Part shown: piece after piece, positions 30,036 to 41,554 of the stretch
Layout of the letters: every line of letters starts with the position of its first letter
How positions within the stretch are numbered: the stretch's first letter is position 1
NCBI RefSeq assembly: GCF_001186125.1
Contig: NW_014040190.1
Span: 1-43,200 of the forward strand
Direction: 5' to 3'
DNA length: 43,200 bases
Origin: Sphaeroforma arctica JP610
Taxonomy: Eukaryota
Program-made: the position numbers and the translations under genes
The notes under the pieces: generated by a model
Told to the model about the DNA's origin: nothing
What the model saw: only the letters and a program-made list of their open reading frames with translations
Databases searched by the model: none

Positions 30036-31670
30036 ATGCTAAACGACAGTGCACGGTTAGTTTTCACGGAAGACACCATCAAATGTCCCATCTGCCTGAG
30101 TGTGCCAACAGCACCAGTGCAGATTGGATGCTGTCCCGCTGTGTTTTGCAAAATACACATCCTCACTTGGTTAAAGACACACCAAACATGCCCCAGTTGT
30201 CGGCGAGAGCGTCAAGAAGCAACGATAGTAGAAAAGTCTGAGTGCACACTACGCGTGGCTAATATGTCCGCTAAATGTGTGAAGTGTGGATTAGCAGGCA
30301 CCATGAAGGAACTAACGGATACTCATTCGGAAGCTGTGTGTATGGCCGCGGTGCGCTCAACGACCCCGATGCGATTGCTGTGTAAATACAAGCTACTCAA
30401 TGTAGGAGATGTGGTTGATGTGTTCTTTTCGTACGGAGAATGGAGCTATTATGTGGAAAGGTTGAACGAGACAGTAATTAAACACATTCCCAGCAACTAT
30501 TTGGAGGCATGCACAGTTCCATTAGAACGTGAGCTCACTCTGCGCGAAATGAATGAGTGCGTCGCTTCTTGTCCTGAGATCGATCCACTGTTAAAAACTT
30601 GGTTTGAGGACCGTGTAGGCTGGGTGGACAAGCTGCATAAGCTAGTGGCTCATAAAGACTTTCCTAGTCGCAGGCTGGTTGTGGACGGTAAAGAGCTGGA
30701 TGTCGTGGAAATTATCAAGATGAACATGTTTGTGTTTAAGACCGATTCACAGGTATTACAGACATGCTTCAGCGCTGCGGCGGGCTGTCTTGACGACGGT
30801 GGGTTAAGAGCAAGTTTAACATGCTGTATGAGTATGTACATATCGATCAGGGATGCCATGCGTAAGTTTCCCAACCGATCAGCCCTGCAGAAGGGAGCGC
30901 TGATGTTGTTGCAAAAGATGAGCGATAGGATACTTACCACCGGGCCTCACTATCTGACTGAGTGCGATGTGCTGGTAACTGTGGTAGATGCAATGCAGCG
31001 TTTCCCATATATTCGTGAAATCCAGCTACACTCGTGCTATATAATGATCAATGCCGTTATGGGCAGGTCAGTGTCTGCAACCATACTGATAGACGACATG
31101 GAAATCCAAGAACATATCCAAACCCTATTAGAGCGGTCATCCTTATGGCCTGATGTACTGTTAGGGGTATGCACTTTGGTGTCAGACCTGTGCGAGTTGC
31201 GCAAAGAGTTTGTTGATGCAATGCATATTGCGCTCAACCCGTTCCACATTTTGAGAGCATCCAAGCAATTCAGATCTCCAAGGGAATATCTGGCAGGGAT
31301 TCATGCGTTCCTGGTGCTAAGCAACACCAGTGAGGAGTTGGAAGACTGGGCTGGTGATGAGACTCCCGATACTTCAGTAATCACTGCGGCTGCACTCTAT
31401 CCCGACTATGCCGATTTGCAAATTGTGGCATTTGAAGCGATCAAAGCGCTGTGCAATTTCAATTCGGAAGGACTCGCAGGTTTCTCGAAGGAGGCCTTGT
31501 TGGCCCATATCAAAAGACTTGAGGTACATCACCAGGACAATGACCAACTTATGGACCTGGTAGATGACGTCCGAGACCTTGCAAGGGAAGCGCCGGCCTC
31601 ACGCAAAAGAAAAATCACGAAGGTGGGCAGTGAAAGTGAATGCACCACCAGCCATAAGCACGCTAAGTGA
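30036..31670 (+). CDS. Intronless RING-finger (atypical) + Zn-finger + ARM-like repeat protein, putative E3 ubiquitin ligase, 544 aa
   Basis: Long uninterrupted ORF. It has CPICLS..PVQIGCCPAVFCKIHILTWL...TCPSCR, then C-x2-C..H..C (CVKC..THSEAVC). Helical repeats follow (IRDAMRKFP..LQK, VVDAMQRFP..IQLHSC, ITAAALYP..LQIVAFEAI) and a basic C-terminal RKRK. Confidence 0.85.
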   Translation: MLNDSARLVFTEDTIKCPICLSVPTAPVQIGCCPAVFCKIHILTWLKTHQTCPSCRRERQEATIVEKSECTLRVANMSAKCVKCGLAGTMKELTDTHSEAVCMAAVRSTTPMRLLCKYKLLNVGDVVDVFFSYGEWSYYVERLNETVIKHIPSNYLEACTVPLERELTLREMNECVASCPEIDPLLKTWFEDRVGWVDKLHKLVAHKDFPSRRLVVDGKELDVVEIIKMNMFVFKTDSQVLQTCFSAAAGCLDDGGLRASLTCCMSMYISIRDAMRKFPNRSALQKGALMLLQKMSDRILTTGPHYLTECDVLVTVVDAMQRFPYIREIQLHSCYIMINAVMGRSVSATILIDDMEIQEHIQTLLERSSLWPDVLLGVCTLVSDLCELRKEFVDAMHIALNPFHILRASKQFRSPREYLAGIHAFLVLSNTSEELEDWAGDETPDTSVITAAALYPDYADLQIVAFEAIKALCNFNSEGLAGFSKEALLAHIKRLEVHHQDNDQLMDLVDDVRDLAREAPASRKRKITKVGSESECTTSHKHAK

Positions 31671-31779
31671 ATCCGAAGATATAGATCATGTGCGATTGGG
31701 TGGAATGACATGTCAGCGGACATGCTGAATGAATCAGGGTGCCCAAATATGTGGGCTAAGGCGTCACGCCGAATCAGGT

Positions 31780-32380
31780 GGCTGCTTTAACATATGAGTA
31801 CCTAAGAAATTGAGACACCTATGCTGAACACATCTGATATATGACCACAATGTATCATGCCGGAGAACCTGAAAACGGCATTGCATCTTGTACGAGACGC
31901 TTTCTAGTTGATGGCGTAAAGATTTGAATGTGAGTGTCTAAGACCATGACCACACGTGTGCTAGAGACATCTGTGGAACGGCCTACAGCTAGTGCCAGGG
32001 TTGTGCAAGATAATAAGACGAGTTCACGCCGGGTTGGCTTGATGAAGGCCGTGATCAACCCGTTCCAGTGTTTGGAAACGATCAAGCGTTTTAGATCGCC
32101 AGAAGAATTACGGGCAGAACTGAGTGCATTCGTATCACTACATAGTAGCAAAAGCAATCAAGAGCTGAGAGAATGGGCCGAGGATAACAAGCCTGATATC
32201 TTCATAATACTTGTTGTATCGATCAATTCTCTGGACGTTGAAGTGGAGTTGGTAGCTTGTGAAGCGATCAAAGCACTGTTCTCTTTCGACCCCGAGGAAT
32301 CGACAAGCTTCACAGAGGAGGATTTAGAGTCACAATCAATACAATCATTAAATTGCACAGAACCAGGGCATTGATCAAGA
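31780..32380 (+). pseudogene. Decayed, internally deleted tandem paralogue of the RING-ARM gene
   Basis: VINPFQCLETIKRFRSPEELRAELSAF..ELREWAEDNKPD..ELVACEAIKALFSF..FTEEDL aligns with ALNPFHILRASKQFRSPREYLAGIHAF..ELEDWAGDETPD..QIVAFEAIKALCNF..FSKEAL of the upstream gene. Upstream RRFLVDG resembles RRLVVDG. There are frame breaks and no RING. Confidence 0.75.
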
Positions 32381-33223
32381 TTCTGACAGCACCGGCTGCG
32401 ATTGATAACGGCTGAAATTCACGCCAGGTTGGCCCCTTGTACTCCTGATTAGTTGAGAAATTCTCCCAAGGCGCATTACTCTTTGTTGCAAGTAATTGCG
32501 AAACAGGTGCACCTTCGCCCACTGACTCCCTACGCCATTGCGATCCTTGTTCTGAGACTAACATTATAAGTCCTCGGTATTGATTAGTACTGAATTATAT
32601 TCAGTCATAAAAGGACCCTGGATCTCTCAATAAAATGCGGGTCGATTTCACAGATGAATTTCAACATGCATTTGTCCAGGTATAGATAGGAAAAGGTATT
32701 GACCATACAGTCTGTCTATCGGCTTTAATTTATTGTAATGTGCTGCAAAAGTACAATAGAAAATACCATCGTGATGGCAATGGCCCACAGGCCATACATT
32801 GAACATTTGCAGCCAAATCTAGATTGACTAGCTATGAAATAGATAGATCATTCCTATGTAGAATATATCGGAATTTCCATCGATACCAGAATTGGCGAAC
32901 GTATACATGGAGTTTTCTCTCGGCCAATCAAGCGCAAATATCAGAGACGATCCTGTGCCACCTCGCTCACGAGATTGGCACTATACTACACATTTCGACC
33001 ACAGCCTCGAAAACTTGTCTAGTTGAGCGCTTTAGCGACGATAATCTTGCGCAATTTGTATACCGCACGACAACTCGCACGGTGAAATCCATGCTGTTGC
33101 CACAGGCCGACGAGAGCAGCTGAGGCAGTTCTACCAGAATGCTATGGATAGCTGCACAACACATACATGATGGTTTTTGGTGCGTCTTAAAATAAAAACC
33201 ACTGGTCTGGCAGTTGAGCTCTC

Positions 33224-35893
33224 TCAGGCAATGGCGTCTATCCGCTCATCATCATTCAATAAGAGCTGCTGTGTATCCATTTGGTTGTCTCGTGAATCCC
33301 CTGCGGAATTGTAGTGCCGAGGGCTTATACTCCGCACCTCCACAGCGCGAGAGTCGGAGTCACCAGGTAACATCTCCAGCGTCTGGACGGCCTGCATGTA
33401 CGAAATGGAGTTAAGCTAGAGGCAAGATCATGAAGATGTTGAAAAAATCAAACCTAAGTATGGGCATTGCAGCAGCTTGAAATTAAGATGAACCTTGGGG
33501 ACTTTGATAGTATCAGAAGGCTGCACTATTGGTAATTCTAAATATTTCTTCCGTAATCTAACCTGAGGTACTGACGCTCACATTGGACATTGGAATTCGG
33601 TACCGTGCAACAAAGACGACCACTTTGACGAAAAAAAATTTGCAGTCAATGAACAACATACGACTATACAATTCATTGACAAATTCTTTGAATTGCATTA
33701 TACGGTGAGACTAGCGTCGGAAAGGGATAGGTCAGGATGAGCATGTTGACAGAGCAATATAAAACCACTGCTGGAAAGGAATAAAGGACATACATTGCCA
33801 CCAGAAGAGCGCTTGGGATATGAAGGTGCGAACGGCCAAAGCCAACTCCAACTCAGTGCGCCTCCACAGGCATCTTCTATTCCATCTCGGCAGGTACGCT
33901 TGGCTCCAAATCGATTGTTCATCCGATCAATCTATAGATACAATGTAGATTCGCGATAAGGACAATACAGACGACTCGCTCGACTATATTCGCTCAAGTA
34001 TATGCAAGAAATACTGGAAATATACACCCGCGCCGTGTTTATTCGTATATCGATGCATCGAAAGGACTGCAAAAGTGGCTAGCAGCTTATATGCTTTCGT
34101 GTACATGTTTGCAAAAGAGCTTCGGGTGACCGCTGGTATATACGCATATCTACATCTTCCGGACACGCACTCGAAATTGTTCATTGAAGAATTGAACTTC
34201 AAACTTACCGTGGATGTATTGGATCCCAGCGACGTCAGAACATCGATCATCATGCCACAGGTGAACAGACCAAACAGAAGTCCCTCGAAACAAACGCCCC
34301 CCAGATACCCAAGATCAGACGCCTGCCCGCATTCATCCCGAAAGCCCGACTGTGTCCGTGCCAATGTACAAGATGTTGGTTTAAGATGCGAGTTCATACA
34401 CACGCCACTGCACACAATACATTTGGAAACTGAATTGAGTCTGTGTGCGCGCAAATGGTTAAACTATGCCTGAATTTTAGGGTAAGTCCGTAATTAAAAT
34501 ATACGGTGTCGTAGGTACAATTCGCAATGATAGCTAGTAATCTTCAACACATGGTTGCATAGCACTAAAAGGGATCAGGAAAGCGTTTATCAATTTCATG
34601 GCAGGCTTGCATCTCCCTATCAACACACGAAGCCAAGCGATTAATGACGGATCATCGAGCGTGAAACTAGCAGGAAGACTATACAATTGTAGCTACAAGG
34701 GAGAAACAGTCACACATCAGCATGAGAAATTACTAGGAATATCAAAGCACACAAGGATGCGATGATATACAAGATTTCAAGACAACGGACTGCTCAAACC
34801 CGTCACAAACCGCGTGTCTCGAATATGAGATTGAAAAAATTCAAATATTGAACCACGACCTGAATTCAAGCAGTTCACAAATAGCATAAAAACACAAGCA
34901 AGCAGATTATCGTACACAAGCTTGATAATGACTCAGACAGGCAGGCGATGATAAATGTCTATCACATACGTCTTTGCAATCGAAGAATCGTAGTAAGATC
35001 AACCCGATGGAAGCCATCGATATCAGGAAAATATAAAGCAGAAACAGCAAGAAGTGCTTCATGTTTCGTCGGCCGATGCAATTGTTCATCCACGGACTGT
35101 CCTATCGAGAAGACATCAAGAGTGTAATATTCACAAGATCAGATTTGCAAATTGTTTCGATATAAAAAATTCAGATTATCGGTTCGACACAGGCTTGAAA
35201 AAAAAATCATAATCATTGAGTCGCACTTGAAATATATGCTTCCGAATTTTGTCTTGTAGGCATATTGATATATATCAGAACAAAAAGTCTACGCTGAGCT
35301 TATGAATACAACAGAAACTAACATACCAGTGATGATCCATCTTCTCAATGCATCTATTGCAGGTGCTGCAATGGTGGGCTTGGTGCGGTTTCATCAGCTG
35401 ACAGGCAAAGTGCGACGAGTATGTGAGTGTCTCAACGAATATCTCTTATCCAATCGGTTAAATAGAATAAACCAATGAAGAGACTGACGAAACATAGAAA
35501 CTGCCGCTAACTTAAATATCACTTGAATCGTATAGACAAGAAGCTCATAGACAAATAGCGTCAACATCGCGCTGCCAGCATCGGCCGCAGTTCAGCATTT
35601 GATAATCCAGATGAGGACTCGAATTAAGGGCTTGAATGGTGCAAACCAACTCACTACGCATGCAGTACTTCCGACTAGAAAACTTAGAATGGCACGCCAA
35701 TGGAATTGTAGGCGTGCTCAATCGCAAAGTGGGCGTTCATTGATTGACGAACGCGTCGTGCTACGGCTCTTATAGCCTGTCGGAAATAGTTATCAATCAT
35801 ACCCGACATTTTGTACATAATGAATTCCTGTTTCCAAATTCGTCAAGTTCGAATTCGGGGCCGTCTGACGCTGCTGTGAACTTCTTTATCGAG

Positions 35894-35932
<39 letters not shown>

Positions 35933-36749
35933 TTGTGACTCAAATTAGTGCCGATTGTGATGTTCACCTGGCCACAGTATCATTGATTGGAAGACCTCGC
36001 TTGTTGTGAATATAGAGGTTCTTGTACTTGTATATGAACAAGAAGCGTTTGCGTTCATGCGTGCACCTTTTTTTTTCTGCCGCGGGCTACTGCTCATGCC
36101 CAAACTAAACACACCGCCAACGTCGCGAATGAAAAATTCACTTGCCTGTTTAGATAGCGAAATATAAAGAACCGCGCACACTGAGTGGCACGTACCTGGG
36201 TCAGAAAGCATGCACATTATGTGCGAGAATCCAGCTAAGCAGGCCAGGCACAGGTACGGCAGCAGTACACATAGCATCAACAAGGTGGACTCGCTATACA
36301 TCGGTATAATGACTCGCGTGCATACGACTACCACGGCGAACCATATGAACACGTGCGTTAAACTGCATGTGTGTCAATCTTAGATTAGTAGGATGGAGAG
36401 CCTAATTGTTTTGCCGCACACGTCACAGTGATTCAGTCGCCAAGTGGTAATGCGACGAAAGGAATGAAGTCTAACGCGCATTAACGAAGTGCGTGCCAAG
36501 GAACCGGCATATATTCATCCTCAATCTTCGCCCTGTTTCAAGGCTGAATATATACGATGGTCAATGATGTTGGTGTAGTGTTGTGCCTGCAATTATATCC
36601 CTCTCCAATGCCGTCATTTTGGCTGCAAATATGGCACATGTAGTGTGCATGATGTTAAAAAACACTTACAGCGCTGTGAAGATGCCGCAGCAGTCCCTTA
36701 TGAACCATCCATCGCGCCGGAAATCACTGTACATGTCGCGTAATCTCAT
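33224..36749 (-). CDS. DHHC palmitoyltransferase, ZDHHC3/7-like; exons 36749-36670, 36362-36196, 35894-35803, 35397-35327, 35096-34970, 34349-34209, 33931-33794, 33391-33224
   Basis: The spliced product reads [106 protein letters not shown]. The DHHC cysteine-rich domain is intact. The last exon is inferred from its acceptor and phase. Confidence 0.92.
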
Positions 36750-37309
36750 CGGGCTACAGTTGCATCTGCGCAAGTACAAAAGAAATCGCAAGCTTATCGT
36801 GCCATTACATATTTACGAAAACATATATGCGAGCTTTTGTTTGTACTATATAGTGAGCAACAGCACTTTCAAAATAGAGACGAGTAGAATATGCTAACGG
36901 TACACAGAGCACTGGCATTACAGATGCACTCATAAAATCAATCACTTACTATTTTAGCATCGTGTACGACTTCTTTGCAGTTCAAATGTTATTCGTTTGT
37001 AATCATTAGACATAGCAGTAGTAGACGCGCAAAAGATATTAACAAACATCAACCAGGAGTAGAAGGTGTATAGTGCTAAAGGTGTGTCGTTGCCCCCCAC
37101 CAGGCACTCTTATGTGTTCAGTATTATAATATGCTGAGAAGCGCTCTTCAGGTATCCAAGTATGCTAAGTAAGTTATGTGAAAGAATAGTAGGATCTGGA
37201 CACGCTACCACTGTGTATCACTCATATGTATGGCCCTACCCACTGGCACGCACGAAACGTTTTGTACCTCCATATTCGGTCATTGCACATAAAACATACA
37301 TGACATCTC

Positions 37310-37630
37310 AGTCAGTGCACTGCGGCTGTGTCAGTGCATACCCCTTACTTAGAATATCCCTGTCAGTATATACTGGGTTTACGGGAATATCTTGATAAGG
37401 AGTTTACAGTAATGTCCTTGGAAGAGAGTAAGGGAATATCCTAAGTAAGAGTATACGAGAATATCCTGAGAAACAAACATGTACTGACACAACTGCAATG
37501 CACAGTGTATATGATACAACATTGAGCTTTCGAAAGAATCTTAATATTATATCACATACCCTGTGTATTGCAGCTGTGTCTTAATATTATATCACATACC
37601 CTATGCATTGCAGCTGTGTCAATGCACATT
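37310..37630. repeat. Foldback / MITE-like inverted and direct repeat cluster
   Basis: GTGCACTGCGGCTGTGTCAGTGCAT (~37316) pairs with ATGTACTGACACAACTGCAATGCAC (~37479). The inner CTTACTTAGAATATCCCT pairs with AGGGAATATCCTAAGTAAG. Two further partial arm copies lie at 37560-37625. Confidence 0.55.
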
Positions 37631-38415
37631 TTTAACTCGGGATTATTCCACAAGCTCTCAGGTTGCACCATATATATATTCGCTTGCATCCACTAGCTCA
37701 AGGTATGAATAAGTAAATCGTATATATTATTTACTCCAGATTATTCCGTAACTCCCTATGTTTGTCATATACAAATTTACTTGCATAAACTTTCTGTGTT
37801 ACAATTTGTAATATATACATTTTTTTTCTATTCACCTCTGCACTGTCGCGAGGAGCATACCACTATCGTTCTCAGACCGGAAATCCACTATTTAGAGTAA
37901 TGATACGTGTTACTAGTGTATTTGTACTTGCATATGTAAGTACTATACCACGACGCATATGTTACGGTCGTTTCCAGTTTTGAAACTGTATCAAGTGCGA
38001 GAAATACGAAATATACTTAGGTATTTGTACCTGCTTGCGACTACTTTACCTAAACATATATTACAGTCGTTTTCAAATTATGAGCCCTACCAAATTGAAG
38101 GGATGCTGAGCGATACTACAGTGATCAAACTTGCATGTCTTACGCAAAGAACATACCAAGAAAAATGCAACACAGCCGTTTTCGGTATGTAACCTCTACC
38201 ACCTGAGAGGAATCCTAACCGATACTAGAGCATTTGTATATACACATGTTAACTCCCACAACGCAGATATTGCATGAAAACATACGGCTCATGGCTCTTC
38301 TGTATACACCCACGATACACACCTTATCATCATAGTCACCATCTAATTTCTGTCCACAGACAACTATTCGTCTATATGCACGCATACACATTCAATTCAA
38401 TTCAATTCAGGGGAG

Positions 38416-38658
38416 TGTATTGCTCGAAGCAAATACACACAATTTGTCGCACAGCGCACAGTCGCAGCGTATGGCCGACGGCAGTGCTCTGCAATTTCCT
38501 TCAATAAAATGGTGTAACTAATTTCCCCGCCAAATACACTTGGGTCTATATATAGATAGCGTCGGCTGCCGGTCTAGAATTGACACCAATAAATACATAT
38601 AATATTCACATCAATTTTTTTTTAAACTAATAATAAAACATGTCTCCGACACGGGGAC
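38416..38658 (+). mobile_element. Putative LTR (38416-38640, TG...CA) with tRNA-Glu-type primer-binding site (38641-38658)
   Basis: Starts TGTATT after the purine run AGGGGAG and contains TATATATA (38547) and AATAAA (38588, 38632). It ends ...AAAACA and is followed directly by TGTCTCCGACACGGGGAC, which is close to the complement of a eukaryotic tRNA-Glu 3' end (recalled yeast form TGGCTCCGATACGGGGAG). No second LTR copy is in the window. Confidence 0.65.
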
Positions 38659-39259
38659 TGAAAGCGTTAACTTTGTAGAAAAAAATTCACATGATTTTGA
38701 AATTGAAAAGGAAAAATTGAAGAGGGAAAGAAAATTTGAAATTGAAGAAGTAAATTTGAAGTGGAAAGAAAATTAGGACTTGGAAGGTTTGGGAGTAGTA
38801 AAAATATAAAAAGGGAGTAAACAAAAATGCTTGCATTTATAAGGAAAACTGAGAACTGTGAACTTTGAAGTGTTAAGTATGAAAAGAGGCCAAATAGCAA
38901 GGTATTGATAAGTGTGAGTGTAAAATGGTCATGTTAGGTGAATATATAGTTGTATGTTGGGGAGTTCATGAGGTTATTCATACGAGGAGTGCAGGTGATG
39001 TGAACAGTGTTTGGAAAGGAATGTATAATACTTCGTAAGTAGAATATAAGACTGTATTCTTGAAGGCATGTAGGTGTGCATTGTTTGGTTTGTTGTGCTG
39101 CAGTGTGACCCGCGTGTCTTTGTGTGCAATCAAGAAGAACTGATTGTTTGACATGGTTTAAGTATTGTGCATAGTATATGTGGTAATTTTTCAAAACTAG
39201 TAAAAAATTTTGCATGGTTTAAGTGGACATTAGTGCATTGAGGACCGGAACAGGTTGGA

Positions 39260-39680
39260 TGTGCTATACATGTGTGCAATGCAATCGAGGATATCAGTGA
39301 TTGAGGAGGGGAACTGGTAGCATCTGATTGAAGTAAGACTTAATATTTCTATTATACGTTTTAATAATATTGAATACAAATATAAGTAAGACTTTATATT
39401 TTTATTATACGTTTTAATAATATTGAATACAAATGTAACATGGGACCGTTGGTAAAGTCATAAAAGTAATTGAAGTAAGACTATAATTTCGTTGCATGTG
39501 CTATGCATGTGTGCAATGCAATGGAGGACATCAGTAATTAATGAGGGGAACTGGCAGCATCTGATTGAAGTAAGACTTTATATTTTTATTATACGTTCTA
39601 ATGGAACCCTTGGTAAAGTCATAAGAGTAATTGAAGTAAGACTATAGTTTGTGATGTGTCTTTTATTAATATTGAATACA
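39260..39680. repeat. Complex direct repeats inside the mobile-element region
   Basis: ATGTGTGCAATGCAAT..GAGGGGAACTGG.AGCATCTGATTGAAGTAAGACT occurs at ~39270 and ~39507. GTAAGACTTTATATTTTTATTATACGTT recurs three times with variants. Confidence 0.75.
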
Positions 39681-40039
39681 ATTGTAAATTCTATTACATA
39701 TTGTGAGTTTCGTGCGTAGTAAAGGTGATAATAACGTAAAATTAAGTAAAATGGATGTCGATGCTGTATACTAGTACGTGTGCAATTGTGTATCTCAATT
39801 GAACAGGTTGTGAAATTGGAAACTGAGTAAACAAAAGGTATGTGTGTGCCCACTGGTATTAATTCAAAGTGCAATAATTGCAGCATGTTGGACGTTATTT
39901 GATTCTTGTGCCAGGTAGACGGGGCTGTGAGTAAAGTGGAATATAAAAGTAAGTGCCTGGAAGAGATAATTATAATTATAACATAGAATATATATACAGG
40001 TTTGTACCTGGAAGAAAGGTCATTTTGTATATATGCAGG

Positions 40040-40733
40040 TTAGTACATGGAAGTATCGTCCTCTTCTGTGATTTGTTCGCAAATGATATCCAAGTCTTCT
40101 TGAAGCCAGCGGAGACAGGTAGTGGATTTTGATGGTTCGATTATCCAACAGTAACCGTCTTCATCGTTATCGAAGGTAATTGAAGTATATTTACGATATA
40201 TTTCTCTACGAAGGTGTATGTAGCATTTACCGTTTAAGAGTATGAGAGAGTTGTCCTGACCAAAACAATATTGTATAATGAGAGATTCATGCAATTGAAT
40301 ATCTTCCTCGGCAGAAATCCACTGTAGTCGTCTACCAGTTTTTTTCACAGACCTGTTTTAACATAATATGTAAAGAATCCTGTACACAATCAATGCTTGC
40401 AAGGGGGCAATCAAAGGAACGAGTGTTGGGAGCATTACAATTGTTAACATCAATTCCATATACTTTTGCATACACCATGCCATCCACATTTAGTGGATTA
40501 TCGTATTGGAATAGATGTTGGATATCAAGGACATCATTATCTTTCAATACATTGACCACCTCTATATCCAGACCTGATACATCGCCCTTTTGGACATTTC
40601 TGAGCATATCACCATGGATGAGCTGGAGTTTAATGCGAGCGATGACCGGATTATGGTTGAGATTATGGCTTCTGATCTGTCCTATCTGACCCCTTTTAAG
40701 AGACTTGCGGACGGGCGTGTAGTTCAAACCCAT
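40040..40733 (-). pseudogene. Orphan ~230-aa ORF split by a one-base frameshift in an A7 run
   Basis: ORFs 40733-40332 and 40348-40040 overlap at TGTGAAAAAAACTGGTAG. Removing one A gives a continuous ...KQVCEKTGRRLQW.... The ATG is preceded by TATATAAA about 75 nt upstream. Confidence 0.55.
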
Positions 40734-41554
40734 TACGTAAGTTTTTTTGTTGGTATAATGTGTTTATTATGTTACATGTATAAATGTGAAACTGAGATAG
40801 ATTAGTTTATATACTAAAAGGTTAATGACATGTATGTGGATATATGATTCTGAGATAGACTAGTTTATATACTAAAAGGTTAATGACATGTATGTGGATA
40901 TATGATTATAAACATAGCGGAAGTGAAACATTTGCCTGTATGTGCATATGTGTGAGTATGGAAGATAGGGATACTATTATTTATTTCAAAAATGGCAAGT
41001 ATGTATGAAACAATGTATGAACATATGGTATGGCTCTCATAGTCGCTGTAGTGGTTCAGGAAAGATTCATGGGAAGAAGTGGTCAGTAAATTCCCTTTTG
41101 AAGCTTGAGCCAGGTGAGTCGACAATGGAAGATATGTGCGGAGTAAATTCGGGACGATGTTGAAAAAACACTATTTCTATCGAATGTTTCATATATTCGC
41201 TTGCTGACCTACTAAGTAGAGTACCCACCTCTGTGGTACGGATCGGGTCTGCGCCGGGTAGTGCCGCGGAATGGGTTAGTGCAGAGTACGAAATACCGAG
41301 AAGGACCAGGTTATCCGTCATAATCCGGTCAAGAAGCGAGGATGGGGGTAAGCCAATGCCGCACCAGACCACGGATGAATTCGGTATGTGTTGGCTGGCC
41401 TGGATCGGAAGTATCATAGTCGGAACCAACAAGCGCGATTGTACAAATTAAAAATAAATTATGTGATTTTATGAACAAGTTGCCTTTTGGGGTAAATTTT
41501 ATTTCTAAAAAAAGGATATACTTATGCGTCACCACACAAAATTTGTGGGACAGG

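Noticed and set aside
38636..38670. tRNA-Glu gene on the minus strand
   Set aside because: Only the 3' ~18 nt match and there is no D-arm or anticodon arm. It is better explained as a primer-binding site.
41067..41451. Env-like or helicase motif V/VI coding region
   Set aside because: No recognisable motifs (no HKSQG or YVALSR, no transmembrane or furin pattern) in any frame I read. Left unassigned.
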